DNA from: Candidatus Caldarchaeum sp.
Lineage (GTDB): Archaea > Thermoproteota > Nitrososphaeria_A > Caldarchaeales > Caldarchaeaceae
DNA: 23,647 nucleotides
Direction: 5' to 3'
NCBI GenBank assembly: GCA_038831915.1
Contig: JAWBKB010000020.1
Coordinates: 1 to 23,647 of the forward strand
Part shown: one piece after another, positions 1-9,465 of the stretch
How positions within the stretch are numbered: position 1 is the stretch's first letter
How the letters are laid out: each line of letters opens with the position of its first letter
Program-made: the position numbers and the translations under genes
The notes under the pieces: generated by a model
The model's input: the letters and a program-made list of their open reading frames with translations, nothing else
Databases searched by the model: none
Told to the model about the DNA's origin: nothing

Positions 1-434
1 CATGCACCGAACTTTTCAAGATAGCGTTTGATTCCCGCCTTTCTCTTTAAGCTCTCATCGGTCATTTTCCGAACCTTTCCGTAAATTTTTGACTCGAAGA
101 AAGGTCTGTCGAATGCTCCGAAACACCAACTGATTCCCAGATAGCTGTTCGGGTCCACGCCGTCTAACGCGTATCGGTCGTTGAGATAAACAGCGTATTC
201 GAAAGCTTTTCTCGGGTCTTCAGTCCATTCAATCAGCTTCTTACACCAATACATGCGCATGTAGTTGTGAATTTTCCCCGTGAGCAATAGTTCACGCTGT
301 GCAGCGTTCCAGTAGCGGTCGTGTGTATCTGCTTTTTCCAAGGTCTGGAGGTCGTAGACGTGTTCGCGTCTGTCGCCCTTATGATCTTCTAGAGTCGCCC
401 TTATGATGAGCCCCCTCACTCCTCGTCTTTTCAC
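1..434 (-). pseudogene. phr: Class II CPD photolyase, C-terminal FAD-binding portion only (5'-truncated; runs to window edge)
   Basis: Hand translation of the minus strand: RATLEDHKGDRREHVYDLQTLEKADTHDRYWNAAQRELLLTGKIHNYMRMYWCKKLIEWTEDP...YLNDRYALDGVDPNSYLGISWCFGAFDRPFFESKIYGKVRKM. These are class II photolyase motifs. Similarity begins near 401; an in-frame TGA at 437-435 precedes GTG 434, so the N-terminal ~300 aa are absent. Confidence 0.88.
372..407. repeat. 14-bp direct repeat GTCGCCCTTATGAT (372-385 and 394-407)
   Basis: Exact match read from the sequence; 8-bp spacer; lies at the point where photolyase similarity is lost. Confidence 0.9.
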
Positions 435-460
435 TCACTCTCCTTTCCACCTCAACTCGT

Positions 461-528
461 GAAGCCTACCATTGTTTCATGAGATAATGGATATAACTCA
501 GCGTGTAGTAATGACTGTGGTAGGCTTC
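461..528. repeat. Inverted repeat / hairpin: GAAGCCTACCA (461-471) ... TGGTAGGCTTC (518-528)
   Basis: Perfect 11-bp inverted repeat with a short inner stem TGAG(480-483)/CTCA(497-500). It encloses a TATA-like ATATAA (491-496) upstream of tfe. Confidence 0.8.
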
Positions 529-532
529 TTTG

Positions 533-1036
533 ATGATGCTTGTTGACGAAGAATCTAGTTTAAAAATAGTTCAAATGATCGGGGGTGACGACGCTGTTAA
601 AATTGTTAGGCTGCTTTTAGACCGGCCAGCTTGGACGGATGAGGAGATTTCCATCGCCACGAACCTAGACATCAAGGAAGTTAGGCGAATTCTTCACCGT
701 CTTCACGAAGTCGGTGCGTTATCCTACGAAGTGCATCGGGATAAGACGACTGGCCATAGGATTTTTAAATGGAACGTGCAGCAGGAACAGCTCGTCGGTT
801 ATACCAAGACTTTGATGCGCAAAGTTCTGGAAAGGCTGAAAGCTAGGCTCGAGTACGAGAGCAATAATCAGATCTATTGGTGTGGCACGCCAGGTTGTGC
901 GAAATACAGTTTCGAGCAGGCTATGGAGACGCTCTTTAAATGTAAAGTATGCAAAAAACCGCTCGCGATTTACGACAACTCAAAATTTATCGAAAACTTA
1001 AAGAAAAAAATCGCCGAGCTCGAAGCGATGGTCTAG
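533..1036 (+). CDS. tfe: Transcription initiation factor E (TFE/TFIIE-alpha)
   Basis: N-terminal winged helix (WTDEEIS...IKEVRRILHRLHE...RDKTTG...FKW), LKARLEYE, and a Zn ribbon CGTPGC...FKCKVCKKPL. Start may be 530 (TTG), 533 or 536. Confidence 0.95.
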   Translation: MMLVDEESSLKIVQMIGGDDAVKIVRLLLDRPAWTDEEISIATNLDIKEVRRILHRLHEVGALSYEVHRDKTTGHRIFKWNVQQEQLVGYTKTLMRKVLERLKARLEYESNNQIYWCGTPGCAKYSFEQAMETLFKCKVCKKPLAIYDNSKFIENLKKKIAELEAMV

Positions 1037-1600
1037 TTGCTTGCGGTCCTACGGCTCGGCCACCGAATTGCTAGGGACAAACGCCTATCCACCCATGTTG
1101 CTCTAGTGGCGAGAGCTTTCGGAGCAGACCAACTCTACTACACCGGAGAATTTGACACAGGGCTCGAACAAAGCGTTGAAAAAGTCGTGAAAAAATGGGG
1201 AGGCAACTTCAGGATCGAATACGTTTCATCTTGGCGTAGTTTCCTGCAGTCGTGGAAAGGCAAAAAAGTTCATCTCACCATGTATGGACTACCGCTGAAA
1301 AATGTCATAGGGGAAATACGGGAACTTTTCAAATCCCATGACCTGCTGGTAATCGTTGGAGGAGAGAAAGTTGAGTCGGAAATGTTTTACGTGGTCGACT
1401 ACAACTTGGCCGTTACCAGCCAGCCTCATAGCGAAGCCGCCGCCTTGGCCGTTTTCTTAGATTATCTGTTTGAAGGAGCTGAGATGGACAGAACTTTTCC
1501 GGACGCGATGTTCTACGTCATTCCTTCGCCACGTGGCAAACGAGTCGTGTATCGCCGTTCTTCAGCGAAAGCTGATTTTGGCGTAGAGGGTTTGTTTTGA
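1037..1600 (+). CDS. trm56: tRNA (cytidine(56)-2'-O)-methyltransferase, SPOUT family
   Basis: VLRLGHR..RDKR.STHVALVARAFGA, VHLTMYG, VIVGGEKV, SQPHSEAAALAVFLD. Abuts the tfe stop codon. Confidence 0.95.
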   Translation: MLAVLRLGHRIARDKRLSTHVALVARAFGADQLYYTGEFDTGLEQSVEKVVKKWGGNFRIEYVSSWRSFLQSWKGKKVHLTMYGLPLKNVIGEIRELFKSHDLLVIVGGEKVESEMFYVVDYNLAVTSQPHSEAAALAVFLDYLFEGAEMDRTFPDAMFYVIPSPRGKRVVYRRSSAKADFGVEGLF

Positions 1601-3592
1601 AAGCCCTCTGAATGGCTTCCCAGTTCCATCGTAGAATTTACTGAAGAATTCGTAAACATGGAGCCTCATCGCTTGGATGAAGACGAGGAGGCCTTCGAGT
1701 GCTATTATTCCTGCGTTGCCAACTATCAATAGTGGCAGAGATGCTATTCCCAACGCTTCCCAAGCAGTGTTCAACAAAAGTAATAACGCGATGTGGACGA
1801 TAAGCAATATCGTGATACGGGCGTAGGAAATGGTGTTGGATAGGAAATGTATGATGTTTTCCAGCACCTCCAACAGCCCGAGCCCTATCGAAGAGATGAG
1901 GCTGATTTTATGTCCCAAACCCGCCAGACCTGCGACAAACCTACCGAACATCAAAACTATAATGCAGGCGACCGCTCCGCAAATTCCGATGACGCCTACC
2001 AAGTTCGTTGGAAGGTTAAGCAAGGGCGCGGGTACGTCAGTTGATAGAATTCCAGCGATGCTTCCGCGTGCGCCGAAGAACGCGAGCGCGAATAAAACAC
2101 CAAAGAAATACATTGCCAGCGTCGGTAGCTTGACCGTTAGAGCTTCTGCTTTTTCCCCCTCTTTGAAATATTTGTAGACCGAGAGAGCGTAGCCCACTGA
2201 CATGTGACTGATTCCGAGAAAGAGTGTGAACACTAGCATTTTCTGAACTTCGGCGAGGCTGAACTGCTTGGTTCCCCCATGTTCTTCGACCAGATGGATT
2301 AGTTCGGGCGAGTTGATGTATTTTCCGACTTTGAACCCGAAGGCTTCGCCGATCAGAAATCCGCACACAGCCGATGACAAGCCTAGATACAGCAATAGCT
2401 TGGCCCATTCACGGAGAGGTCCTGACGTCCGCTTATACATGAACATGCCGAACACGAGGATTACCAGCCCGTGGCCGATGTCGGCGAACATCAATCCGTA
2501 GAAGACGGTGAAAAATATGGAAACGAAAGGCGTGGGGTCTATTTCGCCGCTTTTCGGCACTCCCTGAATGTTGGTGATGTTTTCGAACGGCCGCATAATA
2601 CCGGCGTTACGCACAAGGCTAGGCCTGTCAGGGTCGTGATGACCGTGACCTTCTGTGAAATGAACGTAGTATTTTGATGCAATGGATTTTTTGAAATCAT
2701 CCATCTTTTCAGCGGGAATGTATCCTTCAGCGACCGCGAATGACCTCAGCTCACCGGCCCCACCGATACGGGATAGGCTCTCCCTGACCAATAGGTATCC
2801 ATCTCGTATAGCAATAACCCGTTCCCTTTCTTCTGTAATGATTTTTTCAAGTTCACGGGTGATTTCCTCTATTCTATGCTGAGCCTCGGAAATCTGCCTT
2901 TCGATTTTGCCCAGCGCCTCGTCAACTCGCGCTGGATATTCAGATGGGATTGAAAGCGGCTTGATTCCAAGCGCCCTTACAACCCGCTCGACTTCATCGC
3001 CGTCTTTTCTAGATGAAACAACAACCACTAGAATCGTTTCCTCGAGCTTAACTGAAGTAACAAAGCAGCGTGGGAGAGACTTCCTGAGTTCGGCGATTTC
3101 ACCGCCATCTCCAAACCCTATGAACACGTAAAAATCACGTAACTTCCGAAGCTCGTCAAGGTCGAGCTTAAGTACTCTTAAATTTTTTAATAAGGAATAC
3201 AGGCTGTTGAGCGAATTCAGCTTTTCATTTAACTCCTTCTTCTCATCTAAAGAGCGGTTCACTTTTTCAACTATAGGTTTGGATTCGCTGTCCAGCTTGT
3301 CGAGCAACTCGACGAGGTCCTTCGCTGAATAGTTAGATGGATTAATCTGAACAGGTTTTGTCAACTGCTCCAGTATTCCGATGGATTCTTTTATGCCGAG
3401 CTCCTGAACGATTGTCTGAACCGCTGCGTAGCCGAGTTCGGCCCTGTATTCGATTTCATGAAGAAGGGGGTCGCGGTAACGTGTTTTTTCCTTTGGATGA
3501 AAATCTTCGAATTCGAGGAGGTCGCGAACCATTTCCTCCGAGCGGTGCCTTGGAGCGATCACCATAACTTCGACTACTTCGGAAAGGCCCAA
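1562..3592 (-). CDS. atpI: A/V-type ATP synthase subunit I (a subunit)
   Basis: 676 aa with a coiled-coil N-terminal half, EIDPTPF..IFF..FYGLMFADIGHG, SNTISYARI (essential Arg) and RLHVYEFFSKFYDGTGKPF. Confidence 0.95.
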   Translation of the reverse strand: MGLSEVVEVMVIAPRHRSEEMVRDLLEFEDFHPKEKTRYRDPLLHEIEYRAELGYAAVQTIVQELGIKESIGILEQLTKPVQINPSNYSAKDLVELLDKLDSESKPIVEKVNRSLDEKKELNEKLNSLNSLYSLLKNLRVLKLDLDELRKLRDFYVFIGFGDGGEIAELRKSLPRCFVTSVKLEETILVVVVSSRKDGDEVERVVRALGIKPLSIPSEYPARVDEALGKIERQISEAQHRIEEITRELEKIITEERERVIAIRDGYLLVRESLSRIGGAGELRSFAVAEGYIPAEKMDDFKKSIASKYYVHFTEGHGHHDPDRPSLVRNAGIMRPFENITNIQGVPKSGEIDPTPFVSIFFTVFYGLMFADIGHGLVILVFGMFMYKRTSGPLREWAKLLLYLGLSSAVCGFLIGEAFGFKVGKYINSPELIHLVEEHGGTKQFSLAEVQKMLVFTLFLGISHMSVGYALSVYKYFKEGEKAEALTVKLPTLAMYFFGVLFALAFFGARGSIAGILSTDVPAPLLNLPTNLVGVIGICGAVACIIVLMFGRFVAGLAGLGHKISLISSIGLGLLEVLENIIHFLSNTISYARITILLIVHIALLLLLNTAWEALGIASLPLLIVGNAGIIALEGLLVFIQAMRLHVYEFFSKFYDGTGKPFRGLSKQTLYAKISFR

Positions 3593-3647
3593 ACCCGTCT
3601 AAAAGGGGCAAAGAACAGAACAATATTAACTATAGCGTAGACACCGA

Positions 3648-4340
3648 GGGACTGTCAACTTAAGGTCTATGGCCGAGAGCCTTACCTTCAAATCCCTGGG
3701 TGATGCAGAGTTGGGGTAGGCCTCGGCCGTCTTATAGGTTTCTTTGGTGATAGAAATGTCTTTCCTCGTATGCGTTATCCTTCATGGGTTAGGGGGCTTG
3801 CTGTCAGGATGTATGTGGAGGGGCTCAGTCTTAGAGGGGTTGCAGAGGTCTTAGGAGAGCTAGGATTCAGGGTGAGCCATGAGTCTGTTAGGAGGTGGTT
3901 CCTTAGGGCTGGTGAGGCCTTCTCATCTATACCTAGGCGTAGGCGTGGACCGATAGCTGTAGATGAGACAGTAATCCGTAATCTCGTCAGGAGGGCCTAT
4001 CTATGGGCTGCTAGGGAGGTTGGGGGAGGAGAGGTATTCGCCATACAGGTATCGAGGGGTCGTGGAATAGGGGAATGCACAAGGTTCATGGAGAATGTAA
4101 AGAAGGCATGCACTAACAACCCTACAGTCTACACGGATAGGGCTCCATGGTACAGCTGGCCCGTGAAGATTCTGGGCTTTAGGAGGAGGGTAGAGACATT
4201 CGGAAAGAGAAACGCCATAGAGTCTTGGTTCAGCAAGCTCAAGAGAAGAATAAAACAGTTCAACACATACTTCCCAACATACAGACCGAAGGTATCAGAG
4301 AAGTGGATAAAGTCATGGATAGCCTTAAGTTGACAGTCCC
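3648..4340 (+). mobile_element. IS6-family insertion sequence, 693 bp
   Basis: Terminal inverted repeats GGGACTGTCAACTTAAGG (3648-3665) and CCTTAAGTTGACAGTCCC (4323-4340), resembling IS6-type GGnnCTGT ends. Encloses a DDE transposase whose stop lies in the right TIR. No target-site duplication visible. Confidence 0.93.
3770..4333 (+). CDS. IS6-family DDE transposase (true start probably ATG 3703, with a frameshift)
   Basis: GLSLR..AEVL..LG..VSHESVRRW HTH; IAVDET, VYTDRAPWY and NAIESWFSKLKRR form the DDE triad. Confidence 0.9.
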   Translation: MRYPSWVRGLAVRMYVEGLSLRGVAEVLGELGFRVSHESVRRWFLRAGEAFSSIPRRRRGPIAVDETVIRNLVRRAYLWAAREVGGGEVFAIQVSRGRGIGECTRFMENVKKACTNNPTVYTDRAPWYSWPVKILGFRRRVETFGKRNAIESWFSKLKRRIKQFNTYFPTYRPKVSEKWIKSWIALS

Positions 4341-4363
4341 TCCCGACGAGGTGAACAGGTGAA

Positions 4364-5473
4364 ATGCTTCCCGGATACTATTTCCCGAATGAGGCTGCTG
4401 AGCCTCTCCTATGGCATCCCGTCCTATTTGCATACACTCTGCTGATTTCTGGAGCCGACCTGCTTATTCTCGCGTCACTGGCCTATCTTTCCGGTTCTCT
4501 TAAAAGAGCCATTCCTTTGATGACGATGCTGGGCATTGGTTTCTTCGCGGTCGTTCTTCCGGGGCCTTTGGCGGATCTACGCTCAGCCCACAGGGCAACG
4601 CTCATATTCACATCAGCACACATATCGCCCACTGCAGCAAATCCGGGACTCTCGCTGATAGCGTTGCAGACTTATGCATGGCTGTTAGCTCTAATCCTTT
4701 CGATAGTTTTCGCCCTCCTGACGTTTTCATACTACTCTCATCAAGCATCGATAACAGCTACAGGTCCTAAGAAAGCGGTTTACCAGTTTTTCTCGTTAGG
4801 CATAACGACGCCTGAGAAATACAGGAACGCTGAGCTTGTTGCCAAAGCTGTGGCCGTGGTTATGCTGATTCCGCTAACTCTGTGGGGGATTTACCCGGCT
4901 TCGATGCTTTTCACCCAGACATGGAACCCAGTCTGGCGCGGATGGCCGCTGCTTCTAATAATCTACTTCGCCGACACGTTCGTAGTCGCCACGGCTGTTT
5001 TCATCCTCGTCTACTACATTTGGAGGCTCAAAGCCATAGAACGCGAGATTCTCTCACACATCCTGAAGATACATGCGGCTGGCTCTCTTTCGGTTGCTGC
5101 GTTGACGGGCTTGCAGTTGGCTGTCTGGTGGCTTTGGTCCCCGTCGATGGCTGAGATGGTTACTCCCCTCATCCCCCTGATGTACGTCGTGATAGGCCTG
5201 TTGCTCCTGTCATTCTTCCTCTCCCTCCTGTCGATCAGATACCCGCTGGCAAGCATAGCTGTGTCGATAGTGGCTCTGTCGGGAACACTCGCCAACAAAT
5301 GGAACATACTCATCAACGGCCAGCTCATCTCTAAGACAGGGCTTGCGTTTTTCGAAGCAGAGCTCACGGGCCCGTGGCTATTGGAGACGTTGGCGCCTGC
5401 TGCGGCGGGCATAGCTCTGTTCATCCTGCTTTCGATTATTTTCCCGCTGGAGGTGAGGGAGCATGGTCAGTAG
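4364..5473 (+). CDS. ttrC: NrfD/PsrC/TtrC-family membrane anchor subunit
   Basis: Polytopic membrane protein with LLW...FAY.LLISG, PLADL...HRA and KWNILINGQLISK motifs; overlaps the start of the molybdoenzyme gene. Confidence 0.8.
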   Translation: MLPGYYFPNEAAEPLLWHPVLFAYTLLISGADLLILASLAYLSGSLKRAIPLMTMLGIGFFAVVLPGPLADLRSAHRATLIFTSAHISPTAANPGLSLIALQTYAWLLALILSIVFALLTFSYYSHQASITATGPKKAVYQFFSLGITTPEKYRNAELVAKAVAVVMLIPLTLWGIYPASMLFTQTWNPVWRGWPLLLIIYFADTFVVATAVFILVYYIWRLKAIEREILSHILKIHAAGSLSVAALTGLQLAVWWLWSPSMAEMVTPLIPLMYVVIGLLLLSFFLSLLSIRYPLASIAVSIVALSGTLANKWNILINGQLISKTGLAFFEAELTGPWLLETLAPAAAGIALFILLSIIFPLEVREHGQ

Positions 5474-8400
5474 AAGGACGGTGGTCAAGGGGGTTGTGGG
5501 CGCCGCAGCCCTTGGCGTCTTCCTCGCAGGCTACTGGGACACGGTCGATAGAATCGTAAAGCCGTCGAAGATGTTGTACAAGCCCGACAAGCTAACAGGC
5601 ACTGGAGTGAGATATGTTTACACGTCCTGTCTGGGCTGCAACGTAAGATGCGGCATACGGGTCAGGGTCTCGACATACGACGGCGTGGAAGTCATAGACA
5701 GAATTGAAGGCAACCCCTACCACCCATACAACAGATACATCTCAGCAGACCGTCAGCTCAACCGTTACGGCACTTTGGACTACAAAACATCCATCCAGCA
5801 ATCCCTGAAATTCACAGGCACCCTGTGCGCCCGCGGCCAAGACGGAATACACTACGTCTACGACCCCTACAGGATTGTCAAGCCTTTGAAGAGAGCTGGC
5901 CCGAGAGGCAGCGGCAAGTGGAAGGCCATCGGCTGGGAGCAGCTTATCAGAGAGGTTGTCGAAGGCGGCGTCATCGAGGAGACAGGCGAAAAGCTTCCTG
6001 GTCTCAAGGAGTTGTTTGTGTACGGCCGGTTGAAGGAGGCTGGGTTTGAAAACCCAGGCGACATTCTCGCCGGTATCAAGAAAGACGTCGACGACTTGAT
6101 GGCTAAGGCCGCTGACAGAAACGTGAAGGTGGAAGAGCTTGAAAGCCTGCTTAACAGTTTCAAGGAGAAATGGTCTAAGACGCTGGGTGAGAAAGGGCTT
6201 AAGCTCGAAGACGTTCTCGTGGACCCGGACAACCCAGACCTCGGGACGAAAGCCAACATGCTCGTCTTCATCAGGGGTAGAGGACAGGACAACGCCGATG
6301 TTTTCACCAACAGGTTCATAACTGCTCTCGGAAGCGTTAACTGGCTCCGCCACACCTCTTCATGCCAGCTTGGGTTCTACGCAGGAAACTATCTCTGGTC
6401 AGGCTACTACGACATAAACCCCGACGCTTTCAACGCAAAAGTCTTGATAATGGCGGGCGCTGCTATGGGCAGGATGCATCCAGGAGCGACAGGGCAGGGT
6501 CTGCTGGTGGAGAGGGCTGCTGAAGGAAAGCTGAAGGTCTACTACGTCAACCCGCTTTCGCCGAGAACAGCGGCTAGAGGCAACATAGTGTGGGTTCCGA
6601 TAAAGCCCGGCACAGACGCCGCCCTAGCGCTCGCCATGGCGCAGATACTCATCCAGAATGGTTGGATAAACAAGGCGTTCCTTGAAAAGCCGTCGAAGAA
6701 AGCCGCTGAGAAAATCGGCTATCCATACCAGAGCAACGCCACATGGCTTGTTGTGATGGAGGAGGGGCACAGCCTCTACGGCTACGTTCTCACCGATAAG
6801 CTGGCTGGTCTGGGTGAGGAGGGTAAGCCGCTTGTCTACACGAAGGAGGGGCTTGCGGTCAAAAGTCGACAGCGCTGAGCTGGAGTATTCGGGCAGAGTC
6901 AAGCTTGCTACGGGTGAAGAGGTGCTGGTCAAGACAGCTTTCACGACCTTCAGGGAAACGGCTTTCAGCAAAACCGTCGAGCAGTGGGCAGGCATCTGCG
7001 GAGTTCCTGTTGAGACGATAAAGCAGATGGCGAAAGATTTCTGGGAGGCAGCTCCCAAAGCAGCAACATACATCCACAGAGGCGTGGCCCAGCATCCCAA
7101 CGGCGAATACACGGTCTGGGCCCTACGCAGCCTCGACATCCTGATTGGAAACTTCCACCGAGCAGGTGGTTTGCTGGCAAGGCCCTCGACAACGAGCTAC
7201 AACAGCTATCTCTACAACTGCGGAGCAAGCGGCTTCGGCGAGCCAACAAGGTGGGGGCCGCCGATAGACAGGCACAGGGCGGAGTACGAGAAAACACTCC
7301 AATACTACAGGAAGATTAAGAAGGGTGAAAACCCGTACCCAGCGAAGAGGCCATGGTACCCGTTGACGCCTGAGGAAAGCTACACAGAGATGTTCGCAGG
7401 GATAGACCTAGCCTACCCGTATCCTGTGAAGGCTTTGATAATGTACTTCGCCAACCCAGTCATCTCGGTGAACAACGGCCTCAAGTTCGCCGAAGTCCTC
7501 AAAGACACTAGGAAGCTGCCGCTGTTCATCGGCATAACCACAACCATCAACGAAACATATCTGTACGCCGACTACATCGTCCCCGACACAACCTACCTCG
7601 AGACAGGCACCAGCGGCGTCCAATTCCTCTACAGCAGCGGCATGGGAAGACTATTGGCAGAGTCGTGGAGGTCTCCTTCGATAATGCCTTTGACGGAGAA
7701 GATATCTGACGCGCCCGACGGAAGCCCACGCTACGCCTCGATGTGGGAGTTCTTCATAGACGCTGGAAAAGCGGTCAAGTCACCCGGCTACGGCGACAAA
7801 GCAATACCCGGAGTAAAGGGAAAGAAGTATGAGGGCCAGTGGTTCCCGCTCCACAGCTTCTGGGACTACATCATGCGGGTTTACGCCAACGGCGCCGTAA
7901 ACGCCGCAGACAGAGACATAGCTCCTAAAGAGATTCCCGCAGAAGATGTGAGGTTTGTCGAGGAAAACTATCCGATAGCGAGGTTCAAGAACAAGCTGCC
8001 TGAGGACGAGTGGAGGGCCGCCGCATACTGTCTCGTCAGAGGCGGAGTGTACACAACCTATGAAGAATCCTTCAACGAGCTTGAATTCTCGAAAAGAGGC
8101 GTCCCCGGGACAGGCGTTCTCCAGCTCTGGAACGAGACACTCGCAAAAACACGCAACGGCATAACCGGCAAAAAGTTCTGGGGAGGACCCGCATACTTTG
8201 AGCCAGCAACCTACGCTCCCGTCGGACAGTCTTCCAGAACAATCCCGTTTGCAGGAACACCGTTGAGAGAGCTTTATCCCGAAAGCCAGTACCCGTTGAA
8301 CCTCATCTTCGAGTCAGGGCCTTTATACACGAAACACCGAAGCGGCAACTATTACTGGATAAAGACCATTATGCCGGAGAACTTTGTGTTGGTGAACAAG

Positions 8401-8907
8401 GCTGACGCCGACGTTCTTGGCGTGAAGACGGGCGACATCGTGTCGGTAGAGTCTCCCGAAGGCATTTTTGAAGCTCCGGCTGTAGTGACTTCAGCTGTTG
8501 CAAAAGGCGTTGTAGCCGTGCCCTATGGGATGGGTAGGTGGGCTGAAACGCTTGTTGTCAAGCCGGGCTACGTGAGGCTGAGGATGAGAGGCGAGGTCTT
8601 GAACGCTTTACCTGAAAAGGTTGAGATACCGGAGGACGCCGTCAACCCAGTCAAAAAGCTACCAACACTCGTCAAGAAAGTGTTGTTCACCAACAGGCCG
8701 GGCGAATACTTTGAGAAAGGGCTGGCGGTTGACGAGTGGAGGTTCGCCGGCGTGACACCTAACTTGATAGAGTTGAGCGACCAATCTCAAGGCGGCTGGT
8801 CTCTGCTAACTTGGCTGGGAGCTGGATAGTCGTACTACAGCAACCCGGTAAAAGTCTCTAAGACAGGGAAGACGAAGAAGCTGATGCCACATCAGATAGT
8901 CTGGTGA
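5463..8907 (+). pseudogene. ttrA: Tat-exported molybdopterin oxidoreductase catalytic subunit, TtrA clade; frameshift at ~6848-6864 and in-frame TAG at 8827-8829
   Basis: Tat motif SRRTVVKG; FS0 cluster CLGCNVRC...TLCARG; IEGNPYHP; WEQLIREVVEGG; DPDNPDLGTKAN; putative Mo-ligand Cys in RHTSSCQ; ADYIVPDTTYLE; C-terminal dinucleotide-binding domain. ORFs 5463-6878 and 6814-8829 are consecutive halves, and the frame continues after the TAG (SYYSNPVKVSKTG...IVW) to TGA 8905-8907, 4 bp before the next ATG. Confidence 0.88.
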
Positions 8908-8911
8908 AAAA

Positions 8912-9454
8912 ATGCTGGAGCTCGACCCCTTCCAGAGAGCCAGCCTCTACGCGGCGACTCTAACCTTTTTCGAAAAACTCGCCAACATGGAGAGGACACC
9001 TACGGAGATAACCGCTTTCTTCGAAAGCCTGGGCGTTGACATCCCTGACTTCAGCGATGAAGACCTTGAACAAGCCGCCGAATACCTCAAGATGTTCAGG
9101 GCTAGCTTTATGAGGCTGGACATGCCGCCGTTGGCAAGAGCCAACCTACCCTTCCACATCAAATCATTCATGGACAGCCATGGCTACACGGCGGCGGAGC
9201 CTTCCGACGGAATAATCTCCATGACGGCTTTCGCAGCGCGTCTCGCAATAGACGCTTACGCAGCCCACCTGACCGATGGGGAGCAGGCTCTGAAGCTTGA
9301 GAGAACACTCCACAGGTTCAACAAAACTCATCTCATACCCGCGCTGGCGAACGCTAGGCCACAAAACCAAAAGCTTCATCAAGCGATTCAGAAAATAGTC
9401 AAGCTGTTGATTGTAGACAGCGGCATGCTTTTGAAAAAGTTAACTAGAACATAG
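8912..9454 (+). CDS. Putative TorD/DmsD-like redox enzyme maturation chaperone (divergent)
   Basis: Helical 180-aa protein directly after ttrA. EPSDGIISMTAFAARL resembles the TorD E-P-x-D-H-(I/L)...F motif, and HRFNKTHLIP resembles F...HL..W. Confidence 0.6.
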   Translation: MLELDPFQRASLYAATLTFFEKLANMERTPTEITAFFESLGVDIPDFSDEDLEQAAEYLKMFRASFMRLDMPPLARANLPFHIKSFMDSHGYTAAEPSDGIISMTAFAARLAIDAYAAHLTDGEQALKLERTLHRFNKTHLIPALANARPQNQKLHQAIQKIVKLLIVDSGMLLKKLTRT

Positions 9455-9465
9455 CGAGCGTATCG

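Noticed and set aside
403-470. ATGATGA as a C box of a C/D sRNA
   Set aside because: No CTGA D box at a suitable distance downstream.
8827-8829. TAG as a pyrrolysine or recoded codon
   Set aside because: TAG serves as a normal stop for tfe, the chaperone and other genes here, no pyl genes are visible, and the same gene has a frameshift.
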